Shown here: in pieces, positions 1 through 10,466 of the stretch
Numbering within the stretch: position 1 is the first letter of the stretch
Layout of the letters: each line of letters starts with the position of its first letter
Notes under the pieces: generated by a model
Told to the model about the DNA's origin: nothing
The model's input: the letters and a program-made list of their open reading frames with translations, nothing else
Databases searched by the model: none
Origin: Methanothermobacter thermautotrophicus str. Delta H
GTDB taxonomy: Archaea > Methanobacteriota > Methanobacteria > Methanobacteriales > Methanothermobacteraceae
DNA length: 32,000 nucleotides
Assembly: GCF_000008645.1 (NCBI RefSeq)
Contig: NC_000916.1
Coordinates: 1,290,001-1,322,000, forward strand
Direction: 5' to 3'
Translations under genes and position numbers: made by a program

Positions 1-418
1 AACCCATTGTTCCGCGCTCCTCAGTACCTATACGTCCCTTCACCACGCCTAAAAAAACCTCGGGTTCGGAGTTGGGGGTGCAGAACCCAACAGCCGACCT
101 GAACTCGGCGTAGCGATCTTCAACATTTTCCATGAGCTTTAATATGCCACGGTTTCCTATGGTATCCTGTACATAGGCAGAATAGGGTCCTGGAAACCAT
201 TTAAGAGCCCTTATAAACAGTCCTGCGTCCTCAACGATCACAGGACCATCCATGATCCTGGCAGCATGTTCTGCACCGTAACGGGCCACCTCCTCAAGTG
301 TTCCCTGAAGTTCCGGGTAGCCCAGATCAGCATGCATCAGTTCTATTCCAGTACCATGGAATATCTTCTCTGCCTCAGATAACTTGTGTTTATTACCGGT
401 TATAAATGTTACCTTCAT
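1..418 (-). CDS. rdgB: XTP/dITP (non-canonical purine NTP) pyrophosphatase, RdgB/HAM1 family, 3' end outside window
   Basis: Minus-strand reading from ATG at 418: [83 protein letters not shown]...; classic TGNxxK start and [14 protein letters not shown] motifs. Confidence 0.93.
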   Translation of the reverse strand, partial: MKVTFITGNKHKLSEAEKIFHGTGIELMHADLGYPELQGTLEEVARYGAEHAARIMDGPVIVEDAGLFIRALKWFPGPYSAYVQDTIGNRGILKLMENVEDRYAEFRSAVGFCTPNSEPEVFLGVVKGRIGTEERGTMG

Positions 419-480
419 GATGAACCTCCTCAGTCAGTATATTCAGGGGGTTTAGTATCGTGTGGATATTAATTCTGAGC

Positions 481-2085
<1,605 letters not shown>

Positions 2086-2173
2086 TTAATTAACCACCTG
2101 TGACCCTGCTCCTTCTGGAGTGTAACTAATTTATGTATCTCCGGTTATAACTATTGTATCGTTGGAAAGGTGA

Positions 2174-3253
2174 ATGGAAATGTTTGATGGACTGAAGATC
2201 TATGGTTCCGGCAATTACCTTGAAGGTGTTACTGACAGGGATTCCCTGTTCATCTGCGCCGTTGCAACAACCGAGACATCAAGAATCCCGGGAATAACAG
2301 GGGCAGGAGCAAGCCCCGAACTCACAGAGTACACTCCAGCAGCTGATGTTGAACTCATAGTTCATGATGCCCCCAGGTGTCTTCCTGAGATACCCCAGAC
2401 CATCGTGGAGGGGGAGGCAGCCCCCACACCGGCTGTGATAACCAAGGCGGCCCTGGAACTTGCAGAGGTCCCCTTCATGGTCGCCGATGCAGGCGCCTCG
2501 GTTAAACCCGATGTTCCCTATATAAACATTAACTCCGAACCCGGAGGTGATATAAGGACAGGGAGGGCGGTCACCGAACCTCAAAGGATATATGAGAGGG
2601 GTTTGATGGTTGGAAGGACCCTCTCCTCCCTCACAGAGCATCTGGTGGTGGGTGAGAGCACACCGGCAGGTACAACAACTGCCCTGGGCGTTTTAACGGC
2701 CCTGGGATATGATGCTGATTTCAGGGTCAGCGCCAGCATGCCCCACAACCCACATGACCTCAAGAGGGAGGTTGTGATGGCAGGACTCAGTAATGCAGGG
2801 ATCGAGAAGGGGGACTGCTCCAGGGAACCCTTCAGGGCAGTGGAGGCAGTGGGGGACCCCATGATACCTGCGGTTGCAGGGATATGCATGGGCAGCACTG
2901 TACCGGTGACCCTTGCAGGTGGTACCCAGATGACAGCGGTCTGCGCCCTTATGAGGGCCATTGACCCGGACTTCGACTTTTCAGATACAGCAATTGCAAC
3001 GACCATATTCGTTGCCGAGGACAGCACCTCCGATATAAACAGGATAGCAGAGCAGATAGGTGATATTGACATCTATGTGGTTGACCCTGACTTCGGGTCT
3101 GCCTCGCACAGGGGGCTCCATGAGTACCTCAACGGTTCTGTGAAGGAGGGTGTTGGGGCCGGCGGCGCCATGCTACTGGCACTTCTCCATGGCATACCCG
3201 TTGAAATGGTGAGGGAGCGTATCGAGGAACTCTGCAATACAATACTGGCCTGA
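2174..3253 (+). CDS. CobT-family (nicotinate-nucleotide phosphoribosyltransferase-like, UPF0284) protein
   Basis: 359 aa ORF with SD-like GGAAAGGTG upstream; ATTETSRIPGITGAGASPELTEYTPAADVE...GESTPAGTTTALGVLTALG...GAGGAMLLALLHG typical of archaeal CobT-like proteins. Confidence 0.88.
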   Translation: MEMFDGLKIYGSGNYLEGVTDRDSLFICAVATTETSRIPGITGAGASPELTEYTPAADVELIVHDAPRCLPEIPQTIVEGEAAPTPAVITKAALELAEVPFMVADAGASVKPDVPYININSEPGGDIRTGRAVTEPQRIYERGLMVGRTLSSLTEHLVVGESTPAGTTTALGVLTALGYDADFRVSASMPHNPHDLKREVVMAGLSNAGIEKGDCSREPFRAVEAVGDPMIPAVAGICMGSTVPVTLAGGTQMTAVCALMRAIDPDFDFSDTAIATTIFVAEDSTSDINRIAEQIGDIDIYVVDPDFGSASHRGLHEYLNGSVKEGVGAGGAMLLALLHGIPVEMVRERIEELCNTILA

Positions 3254-3275
3254 AATCCTTTAATGGAGGTTCCAG

Positions 3276-3917
3276 ATGACTTCAGGGTCCCGCTGGGATG
3301 GCATCATCCCACACCCTGGAATTCTTGCCTTTGCAATGGCACTCTACCTTCTTGGCTTTGTACTGGATGCCTCGGGAAGACCACTGGCCTATGGGTTCCT
3401 CACAGGGGACATGGTGGTCCACTTCTTCACGTTCCCTGGTCTCAGGGAGCAGTTCATCGATTACCTGTTAGCAACTGCCTTCTGGATATTCATATCAAAC
3501 ATAACCCAGGTTACAGTCTTCATCTTCTCCCTGGCAACATTTTATCCTGTTCTTAAGATTTTCGTCCTTGCAGGGGCCCTCTTACATAACCTTCTGGTGG
3601 GGTGGGGTGTCAGGGGGCTCCTGATCTATGCGGGGACACTGCACCTGCACCTTGAGGTCACAGGGTGCCTACTTTCACTTCAGGCAGCCCTTGTATTTGT
3701 GAGGTCCCTCCTTGGGACCATCCAGCACAGGTCCAGAGGACCTCTCGTCACAGCCCTCAGGGAGAACCTTGCATACCTTATCCCACTTATAATACTTTTA
3801 TTCGCCATTGCAGCAATTCTGGAGGTCTTCTGGAGCACCTGGTGGGTTTATAACCTCACCCATGGACCGGTATCATGGAGATACTTCTATACCCATGTAT
3901 TCTCTGTGGAACTCTGA
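3276..3917 (+). CDS. Multispanning membrane protein, possibly SpoIIM/DUF95-like
   Basis: 213 aa ORF preceded by TGGAGG; several hydrophobic helices, C-terminal helix AIAAILEVFWSTWWV. Confidence 0.7.
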   Translation: MTSGSRWDGIIPHPGILAFAMALYLLGFVLDASGRPLAYGFLTGDMVVHFFTFPGLREQFIDYLLATAFWIFISNITQVTVFIFSLATFYPVLKIFVLAGALLHNLLVGWGVRGLLIYAGTLHLHLEVTGCLLSLQAALVFVRSLLGTIQHRSRGPLVTALRENLAYLIPLIILLFAIAAILEVFWSTWWVYNLTHGPVSWRYFYTHVFSVEL

Positions 3918-4029
3918 TTTTTAATCGATTCAGGAGCTCTGGTATCTGAAACCCTTTAACCTTTATGCATCTGCTTTAACAAAACGAAGAGCTTTGAATA
4001 AAAAAGGTGGTGCGGATACAGCTTCACCA

Positions 4030-4865
4030 TTAGATGAGGGCGGCTGCAAGGATCATGATACCCAGTGCCCAGCAGTAGTAGGCGAATATGTAGAGGTCCC
4101 TCTCCTTTATGAGTTTAAGGAGGAACTTTATGGCTATGTAACCTGACACAGCCGCTGCAGCAAACCCTGCAACCATGCTGGCACCGAGGAGGTTCATTCC
4201 GGCCCCAATGTCCTTGATCTGGATGAGGGCGGCCCCCAGTATCGCGGGTATGGAGAGGAGGAAGCTGTACCTTGCTGCAAGTTCCCTCTCAAAGCCGAGA
4301 AACAGGCCCGCAGAGATTGTTGCACCTGAACGTGATATGCCGGGTGCTATGGCAAGGGCCTGGGCACACCCTATTATGAGTGACTCCCTGACACCGAGTT
4401 TTTCAACTGGAAGCTTCTCCCTCACACGCCTGCTGATATTCTCTGATCCCCACAGCAAAAAGCCTGTGACCAGCAGGAAGAATCCCACGGCGGTTAAACT
4501 GCTGAAAAGTGACTCAAAGAAGTCCTTGAACAGTACACCAGCAAGGCCGGCCGGCACAGTACCGATGATCACCATCCAGGCAAGCCTCTTGAAGGGGTCC
4601 TCAATGATTCCCCTCCTGAATCTACCTGCGGGATGTCCCTCAGACTTGAGAGGAAAGCCCCCAGCATGTGAACTATATCGTTCCAGAAGTATCCAATGAC
4701 AGCCACCAGTGTGCCCACATGCAGCACGGTGTCGAATGCGAGGCTGGAGCTGACACCCATAAGTTCCGGCACCAGCACCAGGTGGCCTGAGCTGCTTACT
4801 GGCAGGAATTCGGTCAAACCCTGCACTGTTCCAATGACTATGGCCTGAAAAACGTCCATGAACAT
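4030..4865 (-). pseudogene. uppP: Undecaprenyl-diphosphatase (BacA/UppP), reading frame broken by an apparent 1-nt deletion near 4627-4637
   Basis: N-terminal piece [35 protein letters not shown]...DIP; the other frame continues [36 protein letters not shown]...ALAIAPGISRSGATI to the normal C-terminus. Confidence 0.9.
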
Positions 4866-4903
4866 CACTTTTAACTTATAAGTTATCACTTATAACCTCA
4901 TCA

Positions 4904-5824
4904 TCAGATGTAGGTGAGCCATCCGAAGCTGTCCTCTGTCTCTGCCCTGATTATCCTGAAGAACTCATCCTGCAGCAGCTTTGTAACGGGACCCCTTCGC
5001 CCGGCACCTATCTCTATACCATCAACTGATCTGATGGGTGTTATCTCTGCGGCTGTACCTGTGAAGAAGGCCTCATCTGCGATGTAGAGCATCTCCCTGG
5101 TTATGGGTTCCTCATGCACGGTAACACCCTCGGTCCTGGCTATCTTTATTACGGAGTCCCTTGTTATCCCCCTCAGAAGGGATGATGAAACAGGGGGGGT
5201 GTAAATTTCACCCTCACTGACGAGGAATATGTTCTCCCCGCTACCCTCACTTATGTAGCCATGGTAGTCCAGCATTATGGCCTCATCATAGCCGTGTCTC
5301 ACAGCCTCCATCTTGGCAAGCTGTGAGTTGAGGTAGTTACCGCCGGCCTTTGCCATGTTGGGCATTGTGTTTGGTGCCATCCTCCGCCAGGTTGAAACAC
5401 CAGCATCGACACCAACCTCAAGGGCCTCTGCACCCAGATAGGCCCCCCATTCCCAGGCAGCCACAGCGACGTCCACTGGGCAGTTCACCGGGTGAACACC
5501 CATCTCACCGTATCCCCTGAATACCACGGGTCTTATATAGCACTCCTCAAGTCCGTTCTCCCTGACGGTCTCAACTATGGCATCACATATCTGCTCCTGG
5601 GTGTAGGGTATGTCCATCCGGTATATCTTTGCAGAATCAAAAAGGCGTTTAACATGCTCCCGCAAACGGAAGATGGCTGACCCCTTACTGTTCCTGTAGC
5701 ACCTTATTCCCTCAAAGACAGATGATCCATAATGCACAACATGTGAGAGTACGTGGACGGTGGCTTCTTCCCATTCAACCATTTCACCGTTTAACCATAT
5801 CTTTCCACTGGCTTCGCATGACAT
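4904..5824 (-). CDS. ilvE: Branched-chain amino acid aminotransferase
   Basis: [36 protein letters not shown], ...[11 protein letters not shown]..., ...[14 protein letters not shown]. The track start at 5896 appears too early; ATG at 5824 has SD-like GAGGTTATTATC upstream. Confidence 0.95.
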
Positions 5825-5849
5825 GATAATAACCTCAGGTGATTTACTA

Positions 5850-5959
5850 GGATAGGTTATGGTTGGAGGCCTATATAATGCTCTCCATAACCGCAAAACT
5901 TTAGTGGGGTATGTTATGGTCGGAGGTTTATATCAATGCTCCCAAACCGGAAAACTTTA
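5850..5959. repeat. Imperfect tandem direct repeat, two 54-nt copies with 56-nt period, each containing a TATA-like element
   Basis: 5850-5903 GGATAGGTTATGGTTGGAGGCCTATATAATGCTCTCCATAACCGCAAAACTTTA vs 5906-5959 GGGGTATGTTATGGTCGGAGGTTTATATCAATGCTCCCAAACCGGAAAACTTTA. Confidence 0.85.
5855..5892. promoter_or_regulatory. Inverted repeat GGTTATGG...CCATAACC flanking a minus-strand TATA-like box; candidate ilvE promoter/operator
   Basis: GGTTATGG 5855-5862 and CCATAACC 5885-5892 are perfect 8-nt arms; ATTATATAGG on the minus strand between them, with ilvE ATG at 5824. Confidence 0.5.
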
Positions 5960-5966
5960 TATATTG
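5957..5966 (+). promoter_or_regulatory. Archaeal TATA-like box for the tRNA-Val pair
   Basis: CTTTATATATT lies about 25-30 nt upstream of the tRNA 5' end at 5989. Confidence 0.6.
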
Positions 5967-5987
5967 TGAAAATTTAAAGTCACACTG

Positions 5988-6060
<73 letters not shown>

Positions 6061-6084
6061 TTTATTATTCTTCGGGCTTCAGAG

Positions 6085-6156
<72 letters not shown>

Positions 6157-6373
6157 CTGGATTTTCATTTTTTCAGAGGCACACGCCACTCTCAAACTTA
6201 TTTAATGCATTCAGTGCTCACAGGAATATGGCCTGGAGGCAGCACTATTAAGGCACTGCCAGGGACCGGTGCTTTTGATTATTCACCACCAATATATATT
6301 ATCAATGAAAGATAAATAACAAACAGTACATTGGAATTTATTTTTCCGATGTTAGAATTTGGGGGGGTGAAAA

Positions 6374-6994
6374 ATGTACAGATTTCTTTTGGTTGCCATG
6401 ATTTTCCTTGCCATGGGAGCTGCAGCTGCCCAGGAAACTGATGACAACTTACAGGTAAATTCGGATCTTGCAGTGGACGCAGAATACCTTGATCTTGATG
6501 AAAACATTATAACCACTGCCAGCGTTGGCGATGAGGTCTTTGAGGGAGTTGCAGTCACAAACCTCGGCCCTGGAAATGCAACCGGGGTGAAGGTCGATAT
6601 AACAAGGAGCAGTCAGTATCCCTTTGAGTACCTTGAACATGAGGTTTCATGGGACAATGGGGCAAACTGGATCTACAATGATCCATCCTACGACCCATTG
6701 ACCAGCAGGTGGACCATCGGGAACCTACCTGTGGGCGCGGTCTACAAACTTGTTGTGCACCAGAGGGCCACGGCGTCCGGGTCCGCACAGTTCACAGCAA
6801 CAATCTCAGGAGATCAGCCAGACCTCAATACCACAAACAATAATGATACTGCAACAATCATAATAAAGGAATCTCAGGAAGTTCCAGCAGCTGGAGCAGG
6901 AATGGTCCCAATGCAGGAGACAGGCGCAGCAGCAGGTTTACTTGTGGCTGGAATAGGCATACTTGGAGCAGGAATGGTTATCTCAAGAAGATAA
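6374..6994 (+). CDS. Secreted/cell-surface protein with DUF11/CARDB-like Ig-like repeat and C-terminal membrane anchor
   Basis: Signal peptide MYRFLLVAMIFLAMGAAAAQ; VTNLGPGNATGVKVDI...; C-terminus VPMQETGAAAGLLVAGIGILGAGMVISRR; GGGGGGGTG SD-like element just upstream. Confidence 0.85.
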   Translation: MYRFLLVAMIFLAMGAAAAQETDDNLQVNSDLAVDAEYLDLDENIITTASVGDEVFEGVAVTNLGPGNATGVKVDITRSSQYPFEYLEHEVSWDNGANWIYNDPSYDPLTSRWTIGNLPVGAVYKLVVHQRATASGSAQFTATISGDQPDLNTTNNNDTATIIIKESQEVPAAGAGMVPMQETGAAAGLLVAGIGILGAGMVISRR

Positions 6995-7075
6995 CCCAAA
7001 AATTTATTTTTTTGATTCAAGGTTGCTTTGCCATTGCACATATACTGCAGATACCTGTTTTTTTGGTGACGGGAA

Positions 7076-7840
7076 TCAGATCAGTATCAGGATGACCAGG
7101 AGAAGGAGTGAACTGAAAAATACTATCGTACCCTTTATCATTATAACGGCACCGTCCTCCTCCACGAGGTAGGGTATACCATAGGATAGGGCTGCTGCGA
7201 TCATCAGCTTCAAAACACCGGTGAGGCTCGTTCCGAGACCAGCCGCAAGCTGCAGAAGGGTCGCAATGATGAATGACACAGCAACAACTGTCAGGATAAG
7301 TATTATGGTGTTCTGCATCAGACCCCTTATAACTGGAGCCAGAGGTTTGCGGCTCTCCCTTCTTGATAGAACCCCCCTCTGGGGTGCAGTGTGGAATATG
7401 TTTGATGGGGGAGTGTAGACCTCAACCTCCTCCTCATCAGGGTACTCCTCATCCTCATCTTCAGGGACCTGGATTTTCTTTGAGAAGTCCTCTGCAATCC
7501 GTATAAGGCCCTTCCTATCTATGAGCTTCATGTTTCTCTTCACAGCATAATTTCTTGCCTGGGATGAGAAATCAGATGTCGTTACAATTACGACCTTGGA
7601 TGCCTTGAGGGTCTTTGCAGCCATTTCCATTTCCTTCAGAACATCCATTCCAACCTTCCAGTTTTCATCATAATTCTTACAGGCAACAACGACCCCGATG
7701 TCCCCGAGGGCGGTTGGAAGAATTCCGTAGATATCCACTATATGCTGGGAGGTCCTGAAGTCCTTGTAAACCTTAAAACCAGAATCCTCCATGACCTTGG
7801 CAATAAAATCCACCAGTTTCTGTTTCTTCAATTCTTCCAC
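7076..7840 (-). CDS. Mrr-like/restriction-endonuclease-fold protein with two C-terminal transmembrane helices
   Basis: HIVDIYGILPTALGDIGVVVACKNY...SSQARNYAVKRNMKLIDRKGL resembles archaeal Mrr-like nucleases; C-terminal hydrophobic segments NTIILILTVVAVSFIIATLL and GTIVFFSSLLLLVILILI. Confidence 0.75.
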   Translation of the reverse strand: MEELKKQKLVDFIAKVMEDSGFKVYKDFRTSQHIVDIYGILPTALGDIGVVVACKNYDENWKVGMDVLKEMEMAAKTLKASKVVIVTTSDFSSQARNYAVKRNMKLIDRKGLIRIAEDFSKKIQVPEDEDEEYPDEEEVEVYTPPSNIFHTAPQRGVLSRRESRKPLAPVIRGLMQNTIILILTVVAVSFIIATLLQLAAGLGTSLTGVLKLMIAAALSYGIPYLVEEDGAVIMIKGTIVFFSSLLLLVILILI

Positions 7841-8050
7841 CTGCCGGGGTTAGACTTAATAGAGCTATGTTATAAGATATACTTAAAATTTGATATAAAG
7901 ACTATAAAAAGATAGAGATGATTATTGATGAAGATCAACCATCAGTTTTTTGGATCCATAGAAGAAGATAAGGGCGAGGATTAACATAATTGAGCATAAG
8001 ATAATGATGATTGGTATCAGTTTAGTTCAAATGGAGGAAGATGATCAGCA

Positions 8051-8826
8051 ATGAAGATTCTTATAACAAATGATGATGGAGTTAACTCTTCAGGCATCAT
8101 TGCAGCAAGAAGGGCCGTTGAGGACCTTGGGGAGACAATCATAGTGGCCCCCGCCACGCAGCAGAGCGGGATAGGTCATGCGCTGACACTCTTTGAACCT
8201 GTGAGGGTAAGTGAGGTCACCCTCAGGGATGGCTCAGGGGCCTATGCTGTTTCGGGGACACACACTGACGCTGTTATCATAGGGATATTCGAGCTTATGG
8301 ATGAAAAGCCCGACCTCGTGATATCAGGGATAAATATGGGTGAGAACCTTGGTAAATCAGAACTGACAACATCAGGGACAATAGGGGCGGCAATGGAGGC
8401 TGCAGTGCATGGGGTGCCATCCCTGGCAGTTTCTCTCCAGGTGAGACGGGGTGATATCAAGTTCCATGACGGACATGTTGACGTTGACTTTTCACTGGCA
8501 GCTGAACTCACAGGGAGGGTTGCATCGAGGATACTCAGGAGGGGACTCCCGGAGGGTGTTGACTTCCTGAATCTGAATGTCCCATCTCATCCAGCAAGCG
8601 ATGAGATAAGGATCACGAGGCTGGGGGACCGGATGTACAATGTTCACATAAAGAAAAGGCTGGATCCCCGTGGACGCCCATACTACTGGATAGATGGTGA
8701 CCCTGCAGGTACAGACTTCCGGGTACAGATGTCCACACACTTAAGGCTGAAAACACCGCCACCCTCACCCCCATATCACTCGACTGCACAGCAGGCCCTG
8801 ACTCAATGGAGGGCTGGCTTGATTAG
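8051..8826 (+). pseudogene. surE: 5'/3'-nucleotidase SurE, C-terminal frame disrupted by an apparent 1-nt deletion near 8718
   Basis: MKILITNDDGVNSSGIIAA...GINMGENLG...SGTIGAAMEA; after TDF the +1 alternative frame reads PGTDVHTLKAENTATLTPISLDCTAGPDSMEGWLD and stops at 8824-8826. Confidence 0.9.
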
Positions 8827-8992
8827 AGCCCGGAACTGATTTTTAAAAATTTTTTATCCACAGCCATCCAGGTCTCAACGTGACCTGTTTATCCCTGTGA
8901 ATCTGGTGGAGATCTGGGTCTAAATCCGGAAAAATTTCTTTTAAGAGGCATACCCATCCATTATAAAGAGAGAACTTAAAGGTGATAACAGG

Positions 8993-9307
8993 ATGGGATA
9001 CAGTATTTTACCGGCAATACCCGTCACGGGACTTTATATGGTCACCTATTTACTCTACAGGACGGGTTTTATAGGCAGGGCCCTTCATGTGAACCTCTGG
9101 AATCTCGTAATACTGCTGGCATTTATCATATCCGGAATTGGGGGCTTCGTCCTCATGCTGCTTACTGAAGCCGGTGTGAAATTTTACCTCAACCCGCAGC
9201 TGCTCTACTGGCACGTGGAGGCCGGGATTGCGCTCATACCCCTCACAGTTTTCCACTTTCACTGCTACAGGGGGAGTTTGAGGAGAATAGTTGGGGTGGG
9301 AAAATGA
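8993..9307 (+). CDS. Small polytopic membrane protein with conserved histidines, paralogue of the C-terminal domain of the next gene
   Basis: 104 aa; YMVTYLLYRTGFIGRALHVNLWNLVILL...YWHVEAGIALIPLTVFHFH; stop codon overlaps next start (ATGA at 9304-9307). Confidence 0.8.
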   Translation: MGYSILPAIPVTGLYMVTYLLYRTGFIGRALHVNLWNLVILLAFIISGIGGFVLMLLTEAGVKFYLNPQLLYWHVEAGIALIPLTVFHFHCYRGSLRRIVGVGK

Positions 9308-9978
9308 GAATCAGGAGAATTTTAAGGACTCTAACCGGTGTATTGCCCTTCGCAGGTATCATGGCGGCTGGCGTAGCATGTGGTGCTTCCTGTCCCTATG
9401 GACTTGTGAATGACCCCTACCCCGGACAGTGCCCCAGGTTCACGGATCTTAACGGAGACGGGATATGTGACCTTTCACAGTCAACCACAGACTACAGCAC
9501 CTCTGATGATACATCCCGGGACAGCTCTAATGATCAGAGCACCTCAGATGATTCCACGGCGACTTCAGACGATTCAGGTCACAGTGGAGGGGTTGATGCT
9601 CCAGATGAAACACTGCAGCATCCCTCAGTGGAGGAACCCACCACAGATTATCATCTCATACCCCTGAGCCTCATCCTGATCGCGGCTTATATGATCACAC
9701 TCTACCTGATGGGGAGGGGCCTTATCAGGGGATCAGTGCACAGGAGGATCTGGAATATAATCCTGACAGCTGGCTATGCAGGGACTGGAGTCACAGGGGT
9801 TCTCCTCCTCCTCTTCATACGCCTCGGCATAAAAACGGCTCTTAACCCATCGGTTACCTACTGGCACGCCGAACTGGCAATCCTCATGGTCATAGGAACA
9901 TTAATCCACATACACATATACTGGAAGCAATTCAGGGGGATTTTCAGGCACATCAAAAATCAGATATCATCCCCTTAA
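9304..9978 (+). CDS. Membrane protein with extracellular Cys/DLNGDGICD module, Ser/Thr/Asp-rich linker and His-containing membrane domain
   Basis: 224 aa; signal peptide, CPYGLVNDPYPGQCPRFTDLNGDGICDLSQST, low-complexity linker, then YMITLYLMGRGLIRGSVHRRIWNIILTAGY...YWHAELAILMVIGTLIHIHIYW. Confidence 0.82.
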   Translation: MRIRRILRTLTGVLPFAGIMAAGVACGASCPYGLVNDPYPGQCPRFTDLNGDGICDLSQSTTDYSTSDDTSRDSSNDQSTSDDSTATSDDSGHSGGVDAPDETLQHPSVEEPTTDYHLIPLSLILIAAYMITLYLMGRGLIRGSVHRRIWNIILTAGYAGTGVTGVLLLLFIRLGIKTALNPSVTYWHAELAILMVIGTLIHIHIYWKQFRGIFRHIKNQISSP

Positions 9979-10075
9979 AACATGAATTCCTCTCTGGCAG
10001 CTGCAATTTCGCGGTCGAGATCGGATTCCAGGCGGAGATCAACAGTCTGCACTCAGAAAGCCAGTTGATAATCAG

Positions 10076-10140
10076 GTGATATCTGGAGCAGCATATCAAA
10101 GGCGCTGCTTCACCGGCGCATAAGAAAGTGATATCTGGAG
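10076..10140. repeat. Two exact 13-nt copies GTGATATCTGGAG, 52 nt apart
   Basis: 10076-10088 and 10128-10140, upstream of the wHTH gene. Confidence 0.6.
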
Positions 10141-10181
10141 GGACCACCATAACTCCATCCAGAACTTTGAATGTGGTCCCT

Positions 10182-10466
10182 ATGAAGAGGTTGTTATGGT
10201 GGCTTCTTGCAGGTACAAGGGGAGGTCACAACCGTGGGAGGATAATCCGGATGCTGCATGAGAGACCATACAATAACAACCAGCTGGCCGAGGCACTGGG
10301 ACTTGACTACAAGACAGTTCAGCATCATCTGAGGGTCCTTGAGAAGAATAAGATCATAGTATCCTCAGGGGAGAGGTATGGTAAAATGTACTTTCTTTCA
10401 GATGTAATGGAGGATAATTACCCCCTCTTTGAGGAGATATGGAGCAGAATCGAGGTGTGCGAATGA
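10182..10466 (+). CDS. Winged helix-turn-helix (ArsR-like) transcriptional regulator
   Basis: MKRLLWWLLAGTRGGHNRGRIIRMLHERPYNNNQLAEALGLDYKTVQHHLRVLEKNKIIVSSGERYGKMYFLS; internal ATG at 10182 matches the typical start better than GTG 10128. Confidence 0.85.
   Translation: MKRLLWWLLAGTRGGHNRGRIIRMLHERPYNNNQLAEALGLDYKTVQHHLRVLEKNKIIVSSGERYGKMYFLSDVMEDNYPLFEEIWSRIEVCE

Noticed and set aside
2581-3072. 163-aa minus-strand ORF opposite the CobT-family gene
   Set aside because: Antisense shadow of a conserved gene.
7940-8050. Possible C/D box sRNA upstream of surE (GATGA-like motifs near 7950-8040)
   Set aside because: Boxes are not in a proper C-D'-C'-D arrangement and no clear CTGA D boxes were found.
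9460-9640. Ser/Thr/Asp-rich stretch as a DNA-level tandem repeat
   Set aside because: It is protein-level low complexity (linker) without a regular nucleotide period.
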